From positions 132,866,001 to 132,930,000 of the forward strand of contig OZ024742.1 of NCBI GenBank assembly GCA_964016885.1: 64,000 nt of DNA, read 5' to 3'. The stretch is from Eledone cirrhosa. Its lineage: Eukaryota. Positions 43,655-57,860 of the stretch are shown here, piece after piece. The number at the start of each line of letters is the position of its first letter. Position 1 is the first letter of the stretch. Below the pieces are notes generated by a model, which saw only the letters and a program-made list of their open reading frames with translations, searched no databases and was not told where the DNA came from. A program made the translations under genes and the position numbers.

Positions 43655-46600
43655 CTAGCAGAGGTACCGGCGTTGCTCGGGTATTAAATAGCAGTTATGT
43701 ATACCATTTATGTCAATACTTCTGTGCTGCTTCGAAAACTATACTTTTACAAAATCATCGGCTTTTTCCAAAAGGGGTTCCTGCCCCCAGGGGTCCCCTA
43801 CTCAATATGTGTCAATGAGAGTTCACATTCATCTGTAGAACAAACGTAGCCCATGTGTCAAGATTTGTGAAAATCGGTTGCGAACTCCAGAAGTTATGAG
43901 GTTTTGTTGCAGTGCACTGCAGTGCTCCAGTCGACTCCAAGGAAGTGGTTAAAGGGGATTATCTGCCGGGAGGCCCTATAATCAATATCTGGAAAAATGA
44001 GAGTGCCCATAACCATTCGGAGTACATAAGTAACCTATGTCTTAAGTTTGGTGAAAATACTGTAGAATGCATAAGGTTTATACATACGCGCGCGCGCGTG
44101 CGTGCGTGTGTGTGTGTGTGTTTGTGGGTGTGTATGTATTTGTGTGTGCGCATGTATGTGTATGTCCGTCGGGGCATAAATATGTACTGGCCTAAATCTT
44201 CACTATTTACTTTTACTATTTTAACAACCTCTGTCATTTTCGTTTTCAATTTTATTTACATCATTCTTAAACTCCGGGGCTGGAAATCATTCTGTTATTT
44301 TAAATAGAATATTAGTCTGACTCCATTTATACCATAAACTTGGTCTCGTCTTTGCATGGAACTGTTCATCACGCTCCACATAACGACGTATTATCCTTGT
44401 TTTTTCCGTTCATTGCCAGGGAAGGTCGTCACGAACCAAAATATCGTCTTCCTGTTTTCCTTCGGTTGCAACTTTTCTCGAAATATTTACTTCTGCGTTC
44501 ACAGATTACTCACAGTTCAATTTGAATGGGAAATTCCCTTTTTGCGCTCACATGTGCAGAAGAAGAATTAAAAGGGCCTTTATCTTAACCACGGCATAAT
44601 GGCGAGTCTTTTGTGACAGTTTTCAAGAATATAGGACGTTCCTGTAAAAAGTTTTCCCATGTGTAACTTTGCCTTGCTTTTTTGCGCAAAGTCGAGCCCG
44701 CTTCAGTTTTATTGATTTCTTACATCAATGCGTGATCTCTGAAGTAGATTTGAGTAGCTAAAAACCTGTCCCGGTAAATTTGCTATAGGTGAAAAAAAGT
44801 TGATCAAAATTGTATCTAGGGTTATTGCCCTTTGCCACAGCGTCAAGCCTCGTCTGACGGGATGTTGGTGATTCCTCCGTCAGCGCTTGTTGGCGACGAA
44901 GGCGAACATCAGCAAGCCTTGTCGTACGTGATGTTGGTGACTCAACCAGCCGGGAAAGACGTCTATCAGCGAGTCGAGATTCGCGCTCAGCAGGTGTTTC
45001 CTAGAGAAAATTAATTAATTCTACTGGTTAGCTAAGCCAATGGCAGTGTCAATAGTAAATGAGAAAAGTCTAACATGAACAAAAGGGAATCAAGGTAAGA
45101 CAATAAATTTAATATAACTACGATTAGAATGTTGTAGTTGCTTAAAAGTGGTGACAGTTAGGATAAACACAGTACTTGCTAACATTAAGGGAGAATATTG
45201 CATAAAGGATTAATCAATTGTGAATGAACTCATACCTGAGAACGCCTAATTCGTTGTCTCAAAGGAATAGCTGTACCTTTTTTGGAGGTAAGTCTTGAAC
45301 GTTTCCGTGTGGGCATAACGACGTGTAACGAAGCTTTTAGGTTAGAGAGGGGTGATTAAATACAGAGAGAGATGACACCAGATTCGTTAGCATGGTTACT
45401 GGTAAATGGGAATGTTTGGAAATATGATTACAATAACTTACCGAATTTTCCCGTCTATAAATTGTACTTAAAATAATTAAATTTAATCAAAAAACAGCTC
45501 TGCGCTTTATACTCCGGTGAGCCTTATGTATAAATAATACAATGGTAATCAATCACGGCTCTAACAGAAGTAATAGATCTAGACTAAATGTAAAGAAGAT
45601 ATTATTTTCTGTTTGGCCTTACACGCCGTTGCGCGGACGTGATTTTAAATGATACGCCTTATAGAGCGGAAAATATCTATTGAAAAGGAATACGAATTCA
45701 TGACCAAGGTGTGGCAAAATACAGCGCCTGAAACAAACTTGTCCAAAACCCTAGGATTTTTCTCGTTAAGTATCCACCCAAAAGGAACCGTTTTTTAGTT
45801 ACAAAAAATAACCAAAGTGTATAGTAGCTATATTTCTGACATATCATGCCAAAAAGAACACTATATTAAAAAAAATGTTCTAAAGTACATTCAATCTCTC
45901 TTTCTGACCGATATCTTAATAAGCAAGTTATCGATTTTTTATTGGCTGTCAGTGTCTATCTCCATGCAGGTGTGCACGTGTGCGCAATTAATTGCAAATA
46001 CGCTCATAACATTTAGTCGTAAGCAGAACAAAACATGCCATTAGAGGTGGGCTAATAATGAACACACAAAACCTGGTGAACTTACGTTTAAACACCCGAA
46101 AAGCTACTCACTTCCTGTGCAAAAGACTGTATTATAAATTAAGTAATTTTTTAGAATCTTTTGTTTAAAAAAGGAAAACATTGGTACGACGTACATTTTT
46201 TTACTTGTATTGTATGTGTACAACACAACTTGTTCAACGTATTATTTAGTAATTTTTTTTTCAAAAAGCAGGATTATTTAAGACTGTTTGAAAATTTACT
46301 CACAGCTTTTAGGTTCACAAAAGGCACCATTAAATTTGGTTCCCTTTTCAGATAGGGATAATACTGTATTTCCACTTGAATAAGGTGGAATATGAAAAGA
46401 TAAACTCTTTAATGGTCGGTAGTTTACTCAGACAGCTGGGAAGACATGCAGCTGGCCGTCCAATCAATAACGCACATCCTTATATGGGCATATGAAATTT
46501 ATTTTTATTGCGCCAGGTGTAAACTAAGAGTTCTTGTGTTCGAATTCACATAAAATTTCATTGGAATCGAAAAACACTCTGTCATAGGGCCCGATTATCG

Positions 46601-46750
46601 ATTTTTCGAAAATTTCAACTAGCCTATTCCACTCTACGCGTTGAGTTTTATATATGTGTGAGGTTTCATGAAAATTGGATGAACGGTGTAGCAAGCAATT
46701 TCGGTACACTAAACAATGTCCATTTTCCCTTTATATATATATATATATAT
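43655..46750 (-). mobile_element. Decayed or non-autonomous Helitron
   Basis: 3' end on - strand: hairpin acccgagcaacgccggt then CTAG|T at 43655; remnant peptide ESPTSRTTRLADVR..EESPTSRQTRL and GKV; the 5' end merges into a TA run. Confidence 0.55.
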
Positions 46751-46884
46751 ATATATGTAGATAAATCTACCAAAGTATACGGTAGTGTCCAATCCGTATG
46801 AAGAACTCAATGTAATCGAAATATCATGAAAACAGAAGATGTATTCAACATTTTTTCGATGAAAAACACAGGAAAACAGAGTCA

Positions 46885-47016
46885 TTATTTCTGAAGACAT
46901 CATATATATGTGTAAGTATGTATATTCCCTCTGATAGTTTGTAAACATTTTACATAGATCTATATGATATACATACCAACACACACATATATATCCTAGA
47001 AACAATCGTAAAATGA
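46885..47016 (+). ncRNA. Type I hammerhead with long stem II, base of stem mismatched (family I)
   Basis: ttattt-CTGAAGA-catc atatatatgtgt...acacatatatat ccta-GAAAC-aatc-GTA-aaatga. Confidence 0.55.
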
Positions 47017-47067
47017 AGAATTGTTTAATATAAGGAACTCTTTCTTTGTTTTTATTCATTATTTTTA

Positions 47068-47548
<481 letters not shown>

Positions 47549-47698
47549 AAGGATCAAATACTGGAGCGTGTTGGAGTTAAACACCCTCTTCGTATTATAG
47601 AAATGACAGTAAAAGGTATAGCTCAATGTAATTAAACAGAGCCGAAGAATTATGAAAATAAAACAAAGAAGCCTTCAATACATCAAAAGTCTTTATTA

Positions 47699-47736
47699 GC
47701 CAACAATGTTTCGTCCTATTAAGGACTCATCAGGGC
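47699..47736 (-). ncRNA. Minimal type I hammerhead (family H)
   Basis: gcc-CTGATGA-gtcc ttaata ggac-GAAAC-att-GTT-ggc, followed by aataaa. Confidence 0.82.
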
Positions 47737-48082
47737 AATCAAAACCACAAGAAGCACTATAGGCCAATACAAGCCGAACACTCCGAAGAATATGGAGTGT
47801 ACATACACTAAAGTATTGGAAGATTATGGGTAAAAATATATAATAAAAATCACTAAGGAGGTGGATAACATTTTGAACCATATTACAAATATAGTCCAAA
47901 GCAAAAAACTAGAGCTAAACAAAGGTGGTTATATAGAGCGGGAATTATAGTACTATATGTAATACAATATAATATAATATAATATACTTGTAACAATATT
48001 AAAATTAAAATTAAAATTAAAAGGCACAATATACACATGTATATATATACGCACATATATATATATAAATATACACACACAC

Positions 48083-48245
48083 ACGGTGAATTGGCATATT
48101 CGTTAAGACGTCGGATATAATGCTTTACGGTATTCGTCCCACCTCATTGCGCGCTCTGATTTCAATTCGTTCTGGGGTCAAGTCTGCCTTTCATCCGTTG
48201 GAGGTCGATAAAAAAATGTTCCAGTCCAGTACTGGAGACGATTCA
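48083..48245 (+). mobile_element. Diverged tRNA-SINE (older subfamily)
   Basis: ggtgaattggca..gttaag..tgcctttcatcc..ggtcgataaa..ccagt. Confidence 0.65.
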
Positions 48246-49847
48246 TCCTCTATAGAAAAAAATCGGTTGTTTTCAGACCTGGAGATGGTTGGGCTCCGCC
48301 AGGTTTAAATGTGCCCTAGGCACGCCGTTCCACGGTGTAATTAATTTCTTTCATATTTTAATATTTTCCTCCTTTATCCATTTGAATTTTATACTAATAC
48401 CTCAACGACAATAACAATTTTCTTCTCGTACATTTGTTATGTTTCTCTATTCCTGCTATGTTTAAGTGATCTTTGTTCCTTAGCGAATGTAATTAGATGC
48501 ACTATTTTACAACGATATATAAAAATTCTCAAACATGTTCGCAAATTGAGACACACAAACAAACATAAAGTGTATTTTCAAATTCCAATCAGAAATCTAA
48601 ATCTAATATAAAAACTCAAAGTATGTTTATTTAGGAAAATCGCAGCTAAATTTACCATTTTCAAAGACATTAATTACTACCCCTTTGTGCGTGAAATTGT
48701 GGAATGTATATTTTCCTTTAGAAAATGTCTAATTGAGAATTACTTATTGACATAGAATTAGAAGACTCTCTTTAGCCATGTAAAATCTACCTTTTCCAAA
48801 CTTGGCCAATGTTTTCGCAATTATTTCTACATCGTTCATGAATTAATGGGTGTAGACATATTATTTATAATTTAGTGGCATTTAAATATTATGGGATCAT
48901 TCGTTTCCTAGACCATCGATCATGATGGGTAACTTGTATTTTCAAATTCCGAAGGAGGACATCGAAGTAGATCTCAAAACATTTAAAATAACATAGACCC
49001 TGATATATTAGCCGAAATCTAAGGATTAAGTATGCTGTGGGTATATTGACGTATGTCTTTACGTCCACATATCTGCACAATATACTGCATTAAGTGGGGA
49101 TAACGTAGACACAGATGGAAATGGTTGAACAAATCTAAAGAGGAAAATAAATTTTACTGTTTTATTAATACGTCTTTCCGCAATATTAGTGGTGAATATT
49201 TGACATTTTAGAGCTTTCAATGTGTTGTACTCAAATGCGATTTAGATTGGAACTGCGCCCACGATTTATAATGCTGGAAAAAATCATGTTGGCAATTCAG
49301 CATCCTATTTATTTTATATAATTATATTATGGTATTCCTAAACATATATTGGTACATTATATATTTTTGTAGCAAATATAGAAAATAAAATTCCCGTCAA
49401 GTTAATGAAAAACAAAAAAAACGTAATGAATTCGATTACTGTTGACTTAACATAAGTTTAAATTAGGTCTCCTCTTTTAGCCAAAGAGCAGTCCACCTTA
49501 AAGCATTTCTTACTTGACTGTTTTATCTAATTATCGCCATTTCCCCTAAGCTTAAACATATGTGGCAAAGATTGAGTGTGATATTATTTCATTATTTTCA
49601 CAAACTAAATTTCGTTCTTTGATTTAGATATTGACAGATACGTGCACGGTGTTGTTTTGGCTCGCTCTCAACAGAAACGACTGAATCTATTCATCATTCT
49701 AACGTAATATTCGCGAAATAATTTGATGTGGTTATGAATTTTGTCTAAGGTGGTGAGCAAATGCATAATGACCTAGAGGGTTTTTGCAGCATTCACGTGA
49801 GGTCAACAGAATCATTCGATCAACAGTACCTAGTGTATGCAGGTTTT

Positions 49848-49926
<79 letters not shown>

Positions 49927-49928
<2 letters not shown>

Positions 49929-50036
49929 TAAGTTATTCCGGGTTGAATCGGAGGTAACCACAGTAAGTAAGGTATTCAATGATTTCTCACGAATGAAACA
50001 GTTCTAGTCCTGTAGAATCTCTTCTATATTAAAACT
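49927..50036. repeat. Family F fragment with a truncated HHR
   Basis: atgatttctcacgaatgaaacagttctagtcctgtagaa, plus a segment matching 41740-41770 and 43440-43485. Confidence 0.7.
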
Positions 50037-50293
50037 TATATATATATATATATATATATATAACATATATTCAAGAGCGAATGACATACTTAGGAATATA
50101 TCAACACACAATACAGGAGATAATTTGCAAAAAATGTGAGAACGTATTAGCTGTAAATGTAGCTATGGTCAGTTTCATAAAAAATCAAACAGTATATACC
50201 GGACACCAAATAGTTATTTTCTCTCTCATTCATAATGGCAATAGAAGTATGTTTCACCAAGGAATGGTGAAGTTCAAATGTTTAGTACGGACA

Positions 50294-50296
<3 letters not shown>

Positions 50297-50370
<74 letters not shown>
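50297..50370. repeat. (AG)n microsatellite
   Basis: Read directly. Confidence 0.97.
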
Positions 50371-50373
<3 letters not shown>

Positions 50374-50411
50374 TAAAACCATATGAGCTTACACCTCTAA
50401 GCAAATATAAT

Positions 50412-50594
50412 TGTTTCTAATTTTGGCACAAGGCCAGCAAATACTCAGTGCATTACTGGTACTTTATTTTATCGACCCCGTAAGGATGAAAGGCAAAGTT
50501 AACCTCGGCGAGATTTGAACTCAGAAAGGCAAGGGCCATAACACTATACGCCAAAGCATGGCGTCCGACCCTCTACCGATACTGCTAATCCACG
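50412..50594 (-). mobile_element. tRNA-derived SINE with 20-bp TSD
   Basis: cacctctaagcaaatataat at 50392-50411 and 50595-50614. Confidence 0.9.
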
Positions 50595-50967
50595 CACCTC
50601 TAAGCAAATATAATGACTGGCCAAAACGCACATGATGTTCGAAATAACAGCACGCTTCAGATTTGCCTAAGTGGACACCGAGATATAGCAAGCTATGTTG
50701 GAGCGAACAATCAAATTCTTATTTTGTTTTCAATGTTTAGCAAAGCCAGCCGTAAAATGGCTCAGTATGCAAATGAGGCTAATCAGCCGATACATACTGT
50801 AGAAAATTATATATATTTATAGTCTTGACAAAGGGAAATAACCTAGAAACATATTGACTGTACTTCGGTACCACTGTAGATGACGGATGTCGATGGTTAC
50901 CAGAAAAACAAATCCAAGCGTAATGTGTCTGTCTGCTTGCAAACGAAACGAATATTATTATTATTAT

Positions 50968-51715
50968 TTGCATTTATCTTGCTTTATGTTTATACGAGTT
51001 ATCACCAAGTCACAACCAGTGACCTCAAGAGACAACAAGGTCCGCCATGTTCAAGAAAGAACACACATATTCACACATGCATCCTTAGTGTTTAGACTTG
51101 TGATGTACTTATATTGACAGGATCTTCCTTAGTATATGGGTAGTTCCCATTAGTACTATCTTTTGTATTTCTCCTATACGCGGGTTTCCTGGGATTTGCG
51201 ATAAGTAGTCGTTAGACCCCTTAGGTATCATTCCCAGAGCGCCTACAACCACTGGTATTGTTTTAGTTCTCAATTTCCACATTTTTCCAATTTCTATCTC
51301 CAGGTCCTTATACTTGCTCAATTTTTCAAATGTTTTTATAGATACATTCTTGTCTATTGGAACAGACATATCAATTAGCAGGCATACCCTCCTTTGAAAG
51401 TCCTTCAATATTATATCAGGTCTATTTGCATCTATTTTTCGGTCTGTTTGGATGCTAAAGTTCCACAAGATTGAGATGTGATCTTTTTCAAGTATGGGAG
51501 GTGGTTGATGCTCCCACCAATTCTTTTGATGGGGCAGGTCAAAATGCTTGCACATTATCCAATGTATGTATTGTGCAGCTCTGTCATGCCTGTTTAGGTA
51601 TTCGGTTGGAGCTATAGGACTGCACATTGAAATTATATGGTCAATGGTCTCTGGTTGTTTTTTGCATACACGGCATAATGGGCTGCACCCATTTTTTATT
51701 ATGTTGGCTTGGTAA
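50968..51715 (-). mobile_element. 5'-truncated R4/Dong(NeSL)-like non-LTR element, RLE domain (ORF 51109-51627)
   Basis: CRVC..ETIDHI..C, RHD, RPDII, IDMSVP, EKLSKYKDL, PVVVGALG; (TAA)n at both ends. Confidence 0.85.
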
Positions 51716-51723
51716 TCATTATG

Positions 51724-51762
<39 letters not shown>

Positions 51763-51978
51763 GCCGACCTACGTAGTAAATCGTATCATCATGAGCTCCG
51801 CAAAGGTTTGTTATTTTCAGTTGTTTACAATTGCCATTTATGGAAAAAATTGTATTGTTAACTCTATATAAGTGCACATACAATGATTTCTGAAAAGGAC
51901 ACTCACAAAGATTGGGGCCTTGAGCCCAAAATTTAAACTTTTTATAATTATCAAACAAATATCTTTCTTTGAAAAATC

Positions 51979-53644
51979 ATGGATGACTCAGAGTCACTCC
52001 TTCCTCACAATCTAACACCTCACACCGACACCACCATTGTAAATATTGCTACATTTGCCAACACTGGAAATGTAAGCAGTAGCAATATTTTAAATTTGTC
52101 TCAGGCAGACGTTCATTTCCCGCCATTACCAATGACTGCAGGTGTTAAAGCCGCCACCTCCACCACCACCACATCGACAACAGAAACAAAAGAAAAAAAT
52201 AATTAACTCGTGATATCGAAATGAATTCAACCAAAATGAACTCTTTCACACCGAACACCACTGACGCCACCACCACCACAACTGAAACTAAAATAAACAA
52301 TAGCAAAAATAACGATAACAACAGCAACAATAAAATTAAGAAAACTACCCTGAGTTTTGCCAGAGTAGCAAAAACGTGCGAAGCGATCCAGGTAGCCCAA
52401 GAGGAATTAGAAGAAGCCAAAGGAATGGTAAAGAAAGATGAGTACAGGGTCAGAGCCCCACACACACACACCTAATAAAATGGAGCAACGTCGCCTATGC
52501 ACCGTGTCTTATCGGACAATTAACATAAAATCGCGCCGAGTGGAACGGGCATCGACCCACACCAAGCTAATCGAAATAGCGAAAGAAAAGCAGGAGAACT
52601 GGTCCGGATCTTGTATGGAGCTCCTGATCCAAGCGGACCATAAAAGCATTGAGGAGATCCCAGAGGTAATAGACCTCACTGACGGCAGCCACCTCACCGT
52701 AATCGTCGAGGGCAGCAGACCTAGATGTGTCGTTTGTGGTGAAGGAACCCACCTAGGAGCTTTCTACCCTCAGGCTAAAAGGTTGAGGCCACCTCTCTTA
52801 CCCACCCCAGTGGCTCAACCATCAACACCACCAGCAGCAGAAATGGCAGCAACAACTATAGCAGCAACAACAGAAAAACTGTAACAGCAACAACCCCAGC
52901 AACATTAGCAAAACCAACACCACCACTAACCAACGCGCCAGAACTAGCACCAGCGCCTACACCATCCACCACACCACAACCAAAACCAACGCCTGTGGAG
53001 GATTTTCCACTCCCCGGCTTATCGCAACTGGAAACAGGTTGTGACGACGAGGAGTGGGAAACGGTATCAGGAAAAAAGAAAAAAAGAAACCAAAAAAGAA
53101 TAAAAATTCTATCCCTTCCCCCTCCAAAAACAAAATACAGAGGGAAACAAATAAATTATCAAACAAACAAGTTAGGACAGATATGCCACCATCCACACCA
53201 GCATCACCAACCCCATCACCACAAGCACCAACACCATCACCATCATTAACCCCAACACCACAATCACCAACACCACAAAAGTCACCAAAAAGCGTAACAG
53301 AAACAAACCCACAACAAACGCAAACAAAACAAAACAACCAAAACGATACACACTACACAGCATTAAATTTGAACAACAAGCAATTATTACACTACATGCA
53401 ACACAACACCAGCATCACAGAAAATGACAACACAACAACCCAAAAGTTCACATCACCTCCGCACATACAAATCACTCGCATCACACAGAAAACGTACACG
53501 ACACTAAAACAAACATTCCCCAAAGACCTTGGAGATTTCCGACAAACACTCTCCGGGAGGATTTATAAGGACATCCTTCCGGAGGAGGCCACAAGCAGTG
53601 AAAAGGATGGACAAACCATCCTTCCTCTACGAGAAGTAAGATAA
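51979..53644 (+). pseudogene. Tx1 ORF1 (disrupted)
   Basis: Fragments with LSFARVA, VIVEGSRPRCVVCGEGTH, EEWETVSGKKKK. Confidence 0.65.
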
Positions 53645-53677
53645 GTGGTTTTCCCATCTTTTCCACTCCATTTCAAC

Positions 53678-56600
53678 ATGATCTCACTCAGAATAGGCAG
53701 CATAAATGCGCGTGGCTTGGTGTCGTCATGGAAGCAGGGACACCTTCTCAACGACCTCAGGTCACTAAACATAGATCTAGTGGCCATCAGCGAGACCAGA
53801 ATCTCCGAAGCCCGGGCCTTACCACCGATCTTCTGCGGCTACGATGTTTACGCATCTCCCAGCCGTCCGGGATCGGGAGGAGGAGTTGCTGTGCTTTTTC
53901 GGAGAGGTTTGGATCTCGCCATACGGGCCATCATCCTGGACCCAGAAGGTACTTTGTTGGTGCTAGACGTGACCAGCGGAGACGGGCAAGCTTTCAGGCT
54001 AGTGGCCGTCTATGCCCCGACAGGAGCAGAGCGGCATGATTTCTTCCGGCGTCTGGAGACCTTTCTTAGAACGTCCCGCTCTTTAGTGTTAGTGGACGAC
54101 TGGAACGGGATCTTAGATGCACGCTGGGACTGTGTGGGATTAGCGGATAGGGGAGGAGGGTGCAACAGCCTCACCAACCTGCTCAGGCGTTTTGAACTGT
54201 CTGATAGGTACCGATTGGATTTCCCGGATGTGCCAATGTGGACTTGGACAAATCGCATAGGGTCATCAGATCATATCTAGATAGAGTAATTTGTAGCGAA
54301 ATAGATAGATATAGCCTAGGCTGTCCACAATTCAAGATAGTCGGACCACAAATTCGTGATCTATATGCTTGACTTAGATAGGCTTCATAGACGAGGACCC
54401 GGCTACTGGAAGCTAAACGCGTCCTTACCAGCGCGCAAGGCCTACAGAGACCGGATTAGCGAATTAGTTAAGCGAGCGTTGACGGGGGCCATCGTCAACA
54501 ACAAGTGGTGGTTTGGTCTGAAAAGAGCAATTATAATAGAGTCCATTAGGGTTAGTAAGGCTTTAGCAATAGAGAAAAATAGAGCAGAAGGAGAATTAGT
54601 TAGAAAATTAGACGAGGCGCTTAGCAAAGGCATCGCCACCGACGTACTTACGGCGAAATTGGCCGTTGACCAATTCTTCAATGCAAAGCACGAAGGCTGC
54701 GTTGTCAGAGCTAGGGTACGTGCTCTCAGACACGAGGGGTTGAAAGCCGTTCAATGGGCCCGAGTGGCGGAGGTACGTCGTGGCAACAAAGCCACGATCC
54801 GGTTTTTGTGGACCACGACGGGCGCATGCTACTCGATCCCAGGCAAATGTGTGAAGCTTTTAAGCGACACTTCGCTTAGTTGTTCGAGGGGCAGCGACGG
54901 GTCGCATCGAGGGATGGACTTTAGTGTCTACCTCGACGGACTGCCGCGGCTCTAGGCCACTGAGGCGGAGTTTTGCGAAAAGCCGGTAACAGCCGCTGAA
55001 ATGCGGGAGGGAATGACTGGCTGCACAAGGGGTAAATCGCCTGGTTTGGATAGTTTGCCTTATGAACTTTACGTACAGATACCAGACTTGTTCGGAGGCC
55101 TCTTGGCGAACGTCTATTGCAACTGGCAACAGAACGGGAGAATTCACAGCTCTGTGAGCCGAGGAGCTGTCGGGCTGCGAGAAAGGATCCGAACAAGGCG
55201 GATAACATAGATAATTTCAGGCCCATAACTCTGCTAAACACAGAGTTCAAGATTTTGTCCAAGGTGCTAGCAAAGAGTTTGGCGCTTGTCGTTGGTGGTC
55301 TGGTGGGAGCAGCGCAGACGAACGCCATTCCCGACAGATCCATCCACGACAACCTCCACCTCATGCGATACATCGTAGAGAGGGTAGCTAGGGAACCTGG
55401 CACGGGTGGGTCCTTGATCAATTTAGTTCAGTCGAAACCTTTCGATAGGGTCGACCATCGTTACCTAGTGGCAGTCCTGAGGGCGGCTGGCTTTGGGCCC
55501 ATCCTCAGAGGCTGGATCGCTGCCATGCATAGCGACACCTGCTCTGTGGTGAGAGTGAACGGTCACCTTTCGGAACCGTTCAACATCATGCGCTCGGTCC
55601 GCCAAGGATGTCCCATCTCGTCCCTTTTGTACGTATTGACTCTCGAGCCATTACTGCACAAACTGGAGACGTTGAGGGGGCTCCCGCGTGAAGTAGGATG
55701 CGGAAGATCCGTGTCAGCATATGCGGACGATGTCACCGTAATGGTGTCGAACGCCAAACACATCGAGGCGATCCGCACTACACTAAGAGAATACGAAGCG
55801 GTGACAGGAGCAATGATCAACCAGGAAAAGTCAGTGGGCCTGCAGCTCGGCACCTGGAGAGGCAGATCCATGCCGTCCAACAGCGTCGTCGGGCGCTGGA
55901 CGGTTAAATTGCTCGGGGTCTGGTTCGGTCCTGACCTCCAGACGGACAAAAACTGGGACGAGGTGACGAGAAGGGTGGCTTCTCTCACCCAGGAATGGGC
56001 CGAGAGGAAGCTATCCCTGAAAGGTCGAGCGGAGGTGACCAACGCGTACATCGTGTCCGTCATCTACTACCGCCTGACCGTCGTACCTTGTCCTAAGCCC
56101 TGCCTGACTGCGCTGGAGCGTTTGCTCTTCGACTTTTTGTGGAAGGGACGCGTCCGATGGTCAGGCGGTCCATCTGCTGTCAACACCCGCTACGTGGAGG
56201 GCTGGGCATGTTGTGGCTGATGATGTGCAGACACGCGCTCAGGCTACGACATTTCCACCTCTTCCTCGACGGTTATCAGGTGTGGTCGCCGTTTGCTAGA
56301 CACGTCTTTCCCCAGCTCGTCTCCTTGGCGGAGCTGCAGTCCTGGGTCAAGCGAAGACCGAGAAGGAACGCTTGGAGGCTGGAATGTCTTCAGGCGCTCA
56401 CAGCCCTCGACCAATCGGGCAATGTGATCGGTGGAAACTCCACCTTGGCGTTCTATAGAGGATTAGTGGAGGGGAAGAGCGACGACGTACTTGAAGAAAC
56501 TCTAGGCGTCGACGAAAATCAACTAGCCAATCTCTTCGGAAGGACTTTCGGGCCGGGGCCTATGGACAACTTCCAGAAATCCCTGGCCTTGCAGTGCTAC

Positions 56601-57077
56601 CGAGGAGCTTTGCCAGTTCAGGATAAACTCTACAGACATGAAGGTGCCGTCAGCCGTGCATGTCCGAGATGCGCGCAGGGTGAGGAAACCGTCCTGCACG
56701 CACTCATCGAGATTTCGAGCATTGCTGACTTGTGGGCTTATGTCGAACACTTGCTGTCACGTGTAGGACGGATCCGGCTATCAGCTGAGTCCATCGTGAG
56801 GATTGCCCCGCCCTCTTCCTTTAGCCGGGAAGGGCAGGCAGTTATTATCTGTCTGGTGGCTATGGCGAAAGAGCTAATATGGTGGACACATTTGAAAGGG
56901 CTGAAGACGAGCACTTACCTCTTCGGTGATGCCCTGATTAACTTTTTCAAATTTCATTTGAAAAGGAAAATCAGGGTAGAGGGGGAAGTGCTCTCTTCCC
57001 AGCATTTTGTTAAGAGATGGGTGAGAGAAGCAAGTATGGCCCGAGTGAATGGACCTACTCTGAGTATGTGTCTGTAA
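53678..57077 (+). pseudogene. Tx1 ORF2: APE endonuclease + RT + C-terminal Zn motif, about 4 frameshifts/stops
   Basis: SINARGL, ISET, VYAP, DWN, WKLN, KSPGLDSL, FRPITLLN, FDRVDH, VRQGCP, YADD, CPRC..ETVLHA. Confidence 0.92.
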
Positions 57078-57364
57078 ATTAAAGGTGTAAAACTGGGAAG
57101 GACACTTGCCTTGGTAGTCAGGTTCACTGTGGCCTATTAATGGGCTTTCTCCACAAAAGTCCCTCGGAAGTCTCCCCCTATTAGGGAATTTTTCATTGTT
57201 ATTTTTTTATTACATCCTCTGTTTTTGTTTTTTACACGCAGAAATGCCCATCTGTACCGTCATGTATTGTCCTGCACTGTCCTTAATGTCTACTTTATGT
57301 AAACCCTTGTGGTTAATAAAGAAATCATCATTAGTATTAGTATTATTATTAGTATTATTATTAA

Positions 57365-57860
57365 TCATTGAGTCTCAGTCATTGATGTTATATAACTGGA
57401 AAGTTTATTGATATGAATATCAAGCCGCTATGTGCAGCCTCAGATATTCAGGACTTATTGGAAGGTTCTTGCTGTTCACAGCAAGCATGCCTTTTGAAGT
57501 GTTCAAAAAACCCGGCTGGACTAATTTTCTTTAACCACCCTTGGAAACTCTCGGGACGACTCTGACTTTTTGGCAGTTCCAAATCCTTTTTACCTCCCAC
57601 TTTAATTTTCTCCCTCCCCTTTTCTTGCCCTCTCGGGTCAAATGGACAGGCTACATCTACAATCAGGCACGATCTTTTTTCCTTGTCCCAAACCACCAGG
57701 TTAGGCCTATTGTGTTCCAGTTTCTTGTCCGTCTGTATCCTAAAATCCCATAGCACCTTCACCTGATCGTTTTCCATCACCGACTCTGGCTTATGCTTAT
57801 ACCCTTCTCAGCATGTGGTAAATTGTTTACTTTGCATAGGTGCCAGTGGATCACCCTGCC
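57365..57860 (-). mobile_element. Decayed R4/Dong-like RLE 3' fragment
   Basis: VLWDFRIQTDKKLEHNRPNLV..IVDVACPFD; ends at a (TAA)-like tract. Confidence 0.75.

Larger units (their letters stand above)
51762..57325 (+). mobile_element. Full-length, disrupted Tx1-clade (L1 group) LINE
   Basis: Broken ORF1 with CVVCGEGTH knuckle, ORF2 APE-RT-Zn, aataaa at ~57315, (ATT)n flanks. Confidence 0.88.
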
